Positions 28,092-31,011 of a stretch of DNA of 31,011 nt are shown one piece after another. The notes below the pieces were generated by a model, which saw only the letters and a program-made list of their open reading frames with translations, ran no database searches and was not told the origin of the DNA. Position 1 is the stretch's first letter; every line of letters begins with the position of its first letter. The stretch is from a virus. Taxonomy: Duplodnaviria; Caudoviricetes. The position numbers and the translations under genes were made by a program. The stretch lies in the IMG/VR virus record IMGVR_UViG_3300031659_000053, positions 1 through 31,011 of that record. The stretch is one strand, 5' to 3'.

Positions 28092-28756
28092 AGAATATCC
28101 CGATAAAAAACAAAGAAATCTTAGATGTCTTGAACGAGTTCTTGTGGTATTATGATAATAAGGATTTTATTCAGAAAAACCTACACCTACACGGTAAAGC
28201 AAAGGATAGAGATTTCTATGTTGGTGCAGAGTATCGGGACGAAGTTATCGCAATGGACGAGAAACATGAGGGATTTCCTGACGCTGGACACTCTTATGCA
28301 TTGAAGGCAGACAGATTAGAACATCTTAAAGGTTCTGATTCTAAAGCGGCCGACCTTATCGCACGATACAGTAACTTAAACGAAAAACTTTGTACACTAT
28401 TATCAACACGAAACAATGCATTGACTCAACTGTATCCACCCAATGGGTTCATTTCGTGGCACAACAATGCAAACGCATCCGCATATAACATAATTTTCTC
28501 TTGGTCTGAGACTGGTGAAGGAAACTTCAAGTATGTTGATGGACACACTGGTAATGAAGTTGTCATGCAAGACGTAAAAGGATGGCAGTGTAAAGCGGGA
28601 TATTTTGGTGCATATGGAGAACCTTGGCACAATAGGGTCTATCATGCAGCTGAAACTGACTGTTGGAGAATCACGGTATCATATATATTTGACCGTACCG
28701 ATATGTCGTCTGGTCTACAAGATGACATTCTAGAAGAAATAATGTCGGATTACTAA
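28088..28756 (+). CDS. 2OG-Fe(II) oxygenase-like (double-stranded beta-helix) protein
   Basis: LYPPNGFISWHNN...IIFSWS..GEG.F...VYHAAETDCWRITVSY has the Y..G....WHxD...H......R.T layout, with HxN in place of HxD. Confidence 0.6.
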   Translation: MKNIPIKNKEILDVLNEFLWYYDNKDFIQKNLHLHGKAKDRDFYVGAEYRDEVIAMDEKHEGFPDAGHSYALKADRLEHLKGSDSKAADLIARYSNLNEKLCTLLSTRNNALTQLYPPNGFISWHNNANASAYNIIFSWSETGEGNFKYVDGHTGNEVVMQDVKGWQCKAGYFGAYGEPWHNRVYHAAETDCWRITVSYIFDRTDMSSGLQDDILEEIMSDY

Positions 28757-28776
28757 AAGGTTGACGTTGTAATCCT

Positions 28777-28784
28777 TATAAATA
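28777..28784 (+). promoter_or_regulatory. T4-type late promoter
   Basis: Exact TATAAATA in the intergenic gap, 38 nt upstream of the ATG at 28823. Confidence 0.85.
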
Positions 28785-28822
28785 AAGACAAGAAGAAATT
28801 GTTTTTATATGGGTAATTCTCA

Positions 28823-29191
28823 ATGGCAGCACCAAACTACGAAGATATTGTTATCAACCAAGGCACAGATGTTGCGATAGAAATACATCTGATGCATGAC
28901 AGTGGCAGCGCATATAACTTGACCAATAGGTCTGTTAGCGCAAAAATGAAACGTTCGTTTTCTGACTCTTCAGGAGACCCAACTACTATATCGTTCAACT
29001 CCACTGTAATTAATCCAGCTGAAGACGGTATCCTAAACCTTTCTCTAACTAACACCCAAACCGATTTGCTAAAGACTCGTGGTCGTTATGTTTACGATGT
29101 AGAGATATCTTACGTTGATAGCGATAGCAACACAATAATTCAAAGAGTCCTAGAGGGTCAGATTGAAGTGTCGCCTTCGGTCACGAAATAA
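28823..29191 (+). CDS. Small virion/tail-fibre adaptor protein (BppU-N-like Ig fold)
   Basis: DIVINQGTD...YNLT...AKMKRS...G.LNLSLT..QT..L...GRYVYDVEI......RVLEGQIEVSPSVT is a family commonly found in front of fibre genes in marine T4-like phages. Confidence 0.65.
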   Translation: MAAPNYEDIVINQGTDVAIEIHLMHDSGSAYNLTNRSVSAKMKRSFSDSSGDPTTISFNSTVINPAEDGILNLSLTNTQTDLLKTRGRYVYDVEISYVDSDSNTIIQRVLEGQIEVSPSVTK

Positions 29192-29203
29192 AAGGGAAAC
29201 AAC

Positions 29204-31011
29204 ATGGCTGTAGATAAAATTATACTGAAAAAGATTATAGTTGGGACTCCCGTAAAGAGAGTCACATCTGGTGCTTTTTCTATTGACAATCTATCTGGTG
29301 TTAATACTGATACTACAGAATCTGATGGTTCGATTCTTGCGTACAAATCGTCTACTGGTAATTATGAAGTAACCGCTCTTCGTGGTTCTAATAATTTAAC
29401 AGTTAACTATGATAGTAACAATCTCGTATACAACTTTGGATTTACTGGTGGAGAATTTACTGGCAGTTTAGTACCAGATTCTAATGAAGTCTATGACCTC
29501 GGTACGGCATCGAAAAAGTGGAGAGATTTATATCTTTCTGGACAAACTATCACCCTCGGAACACTACAACTAAAAGATAGTGGCGGTAAGTTTGTTTCTA
29601 TTAATGATAGTGGGGTTAAACAGGCGTTACAGATATCTCTGGTTACTAACAACAGTGATATTTTGGGGTTTAATACTCTAACTGGTGTTGCAACATTTAA
29701 TGACTCTGATATCGCAAGAACGGATATCAATGATACGTTCCACCAAGGTGTAACTGTACTTAATGGTGCAACGATTGATAGTGCGACCATTGTTAACCTA
29801 GCTAGTTCAAATTTAACAGGAAGTCAAGCGACTTTCGATAGTGCAAACATTGGTTCTCTACGAGTAACTGGTAATACCGTCCTAGATGGTAATCTGACCA
29901 TTACTGGTACAGAGACAATATTAAACACCGAAACGATTAACCTTGCTGATAACACAATTGTTCTCAACTCGAACGCAACAGGAACACCCACCGAAGACGG
30001 TGGTATTGAGATTGAACGTGGTGACCAACCAAACAAATCATTCTTATGGGATGAGGGTAATGAGTATTGGACATTAGGTAGTGAGAGTCTTGTAACTACT
30101 GGTAAAGTTCTATTCGGTAACATGTACAGTGCGGAAGGTGACTTACCTAGTGCATCAACCTATCATGGTATGTTCGCACACGTACATGGAACTGGTAAGG
30201 GTTACTTTTCACATGCGGGTGCATGGCACAAACTATTAGACGAAACATCGTCAACCACCGCAAGTTTAACCGAAGGGTCAAACCTCTACTATACCACTAC
30301 TCGTGCCGATAGTGATTTTGATGTCAGACTCACAACTAAATCAACAGCGAATGTTGCCGAAGGGACAAACCTTTATTACACTACCACTCGTGCTGATTCT
30401 GATTTTGATGTCAGACTCACAACTAAATCAACAAGTAACGTAGCAGAGGGTACAAATCTCTATTATACTAGTGCGAGATTTGACTCTGCACTGGGTGATG
30501 CAAACACTGGCCAATTGTCAGAAGGAAGTAACCTCTATTATACAACCACTCGTTTCGACAGTGACTTTGGTATCCAAACAACTAATCAATTGTCAGAAGG
30601 TGGTCTTAACCATTATTTCACTCTTGCTAGAGCGTATAACGCCTTTGATGCTAGAATTGGTGGTGCTAGTGCTATCGCAAGTATTCGTAGTTACCTAAGC
30701 GCTTCAGGTGACTTGTCATATAACCAATCGACTGGAGCATTCTCATTTGATGTAGAACAAGTCTACACCAAAACAAACTTTGATTCCGATTTAGGTGACG
30801 CATTAGATGGTGGAACAGGAATCACATATGATTCCGCAAATGATACTATCTCTATTACAAATACTGGAGTAACTGCGGGAACATACGGTAACGCATCTCA
30901 GATTCCAGTATTTACAGTAAACGCACAGGGTCAATTGGACAGTGCGGGTACAGTTGCAGTTGCGGGTGTATCAACATTAGCATTTGATTCCTCTGGTGGT
31001 AACCTCACTAT
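29204..31011 (+). CDS. Long tail fibre-like protein, N-terminal part (runs off the window)
   Basis: Not in the ORF track because it has no stop in the window. Hand translation: [20 protein letters not shown]...[25 protein letters not shown]...[11 protein letters not shown]......DNTIVLN...GGIEIERG...WDE...[28 protein letters not shown]...EGxNLYYT..R repeats...[21 protein letters not shown]. These are motifs of marine phage fibres. Confidence 0.8.
   Translation, partial: MAVDKIILKKIIVGTPVKRVTSGAFSIDNLSGVNTDTTESDGSILAYKSSTGNYEVTALRGSNNLTVNYDSNNLVYNFGFTGGEFTGSLVPDSNEVYDLGTASKKWRDLYLSGQTITLGTLQLKDSGGKFVSINDSGVKQALQISLVTNNSDILGFNTLTGVATFNDSDIARTDINDTFHQGVTVLNGATIDSATIVNLASSNLTGSQATFDSANIGSLRVTGNTVLDGNLTITGTETILNTETINLADNTIVLNSNATGTPTEDGGIEIERGDQPNKSFLWDEGNEYWTLGSESLVTTGKVLFGNMYSAEGDLPSASTYHGMFAHVHGTGKGYFSHAGAWHKLLDETSSTTASLTEGSNLYYTTTRADSDFDVRLTTKSTANVAEGTNLYYTTTRADSDFDVRLTTKSTSNVAEGTNLYYTSARFDSALGDANTGQLSEGSNLYYTTTRFDSDFGIQTTNQLSEGGLNHYFTLARAYNAFDARIGGASAIASIRSYLSASGDLSYNQSTGAFSFDVEQVYTKTNFDSDLGDALDGGTGITYDSANDTISITNTGVTAGTYGNASQIPVFTVNAQGQLDSAGTVAVAGVSTLAFDSSGGNLT
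30272..30633 (+). repeat. Five EGxNLYYTxxR fibre repeats (25-29 aa)
   Basis: [29 protein letters not shown] / [29 protein letters not shown] / [25 protein letters not shown] / [25 protein letters not shown] / [13 protein letters not shown]. The first two share gattttgatgtcagactcacaactaaatcaaca exactly. Confidence 0.9.

Noticed and set aside
1-31011. Stop-codon reassignment, introns/inteins, tRNAs or clear rho-independent terminators
   Set aside because: Genes tile the window densely in the standard code with tight overlaps. I saw no interrupted conserved gene, cloverleaf or GC-rich hairpin followed by a U-tract.

Overview
This window is a late (virion-structure) region of a large T4-like myovirus genome, with marine cyanophage/pelagiphage-type gene families and T4 late promoters (TATAAATA). 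A short leftward unit encodes gp4 head completion protein and a truncated B12-binding radical-SAM-type ORF. A long rightward block follows. It begins with gp48, gp53, a gp27-like hub, a gp5 split into three genes, a probable dead M15-peptidase fold, gp25, gp6, gp7-like, gp9-like, gp8 and a 1736-aa structural protein. It continues with a coiled-coil fibre, two paralogous tetrapeptide-repeat proteins, a small ORF, a GT-A glycosyltransferase, a 2OG-Fe(II)-oxygenase-like protein, an adaptor and a truncated tail fibre. The main discovery concerns the two repeat proteins (21738..24230 and 24242..26869). Their 4-residue units are self-complementary when read antiparallel from a central turn: Gly units face non-Gly units, Gly never faces Gly, arm lengths are equal and 2-residue inserts are matched. 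One protein parses as a single 284+284-aa hairpin. The other parses as a branched, RNA-secondary-structure-like set of stems carrying a tip domain with foreign-looking codon usage. All gene calls rest on recalled family motifs and synteny; no database search was run.
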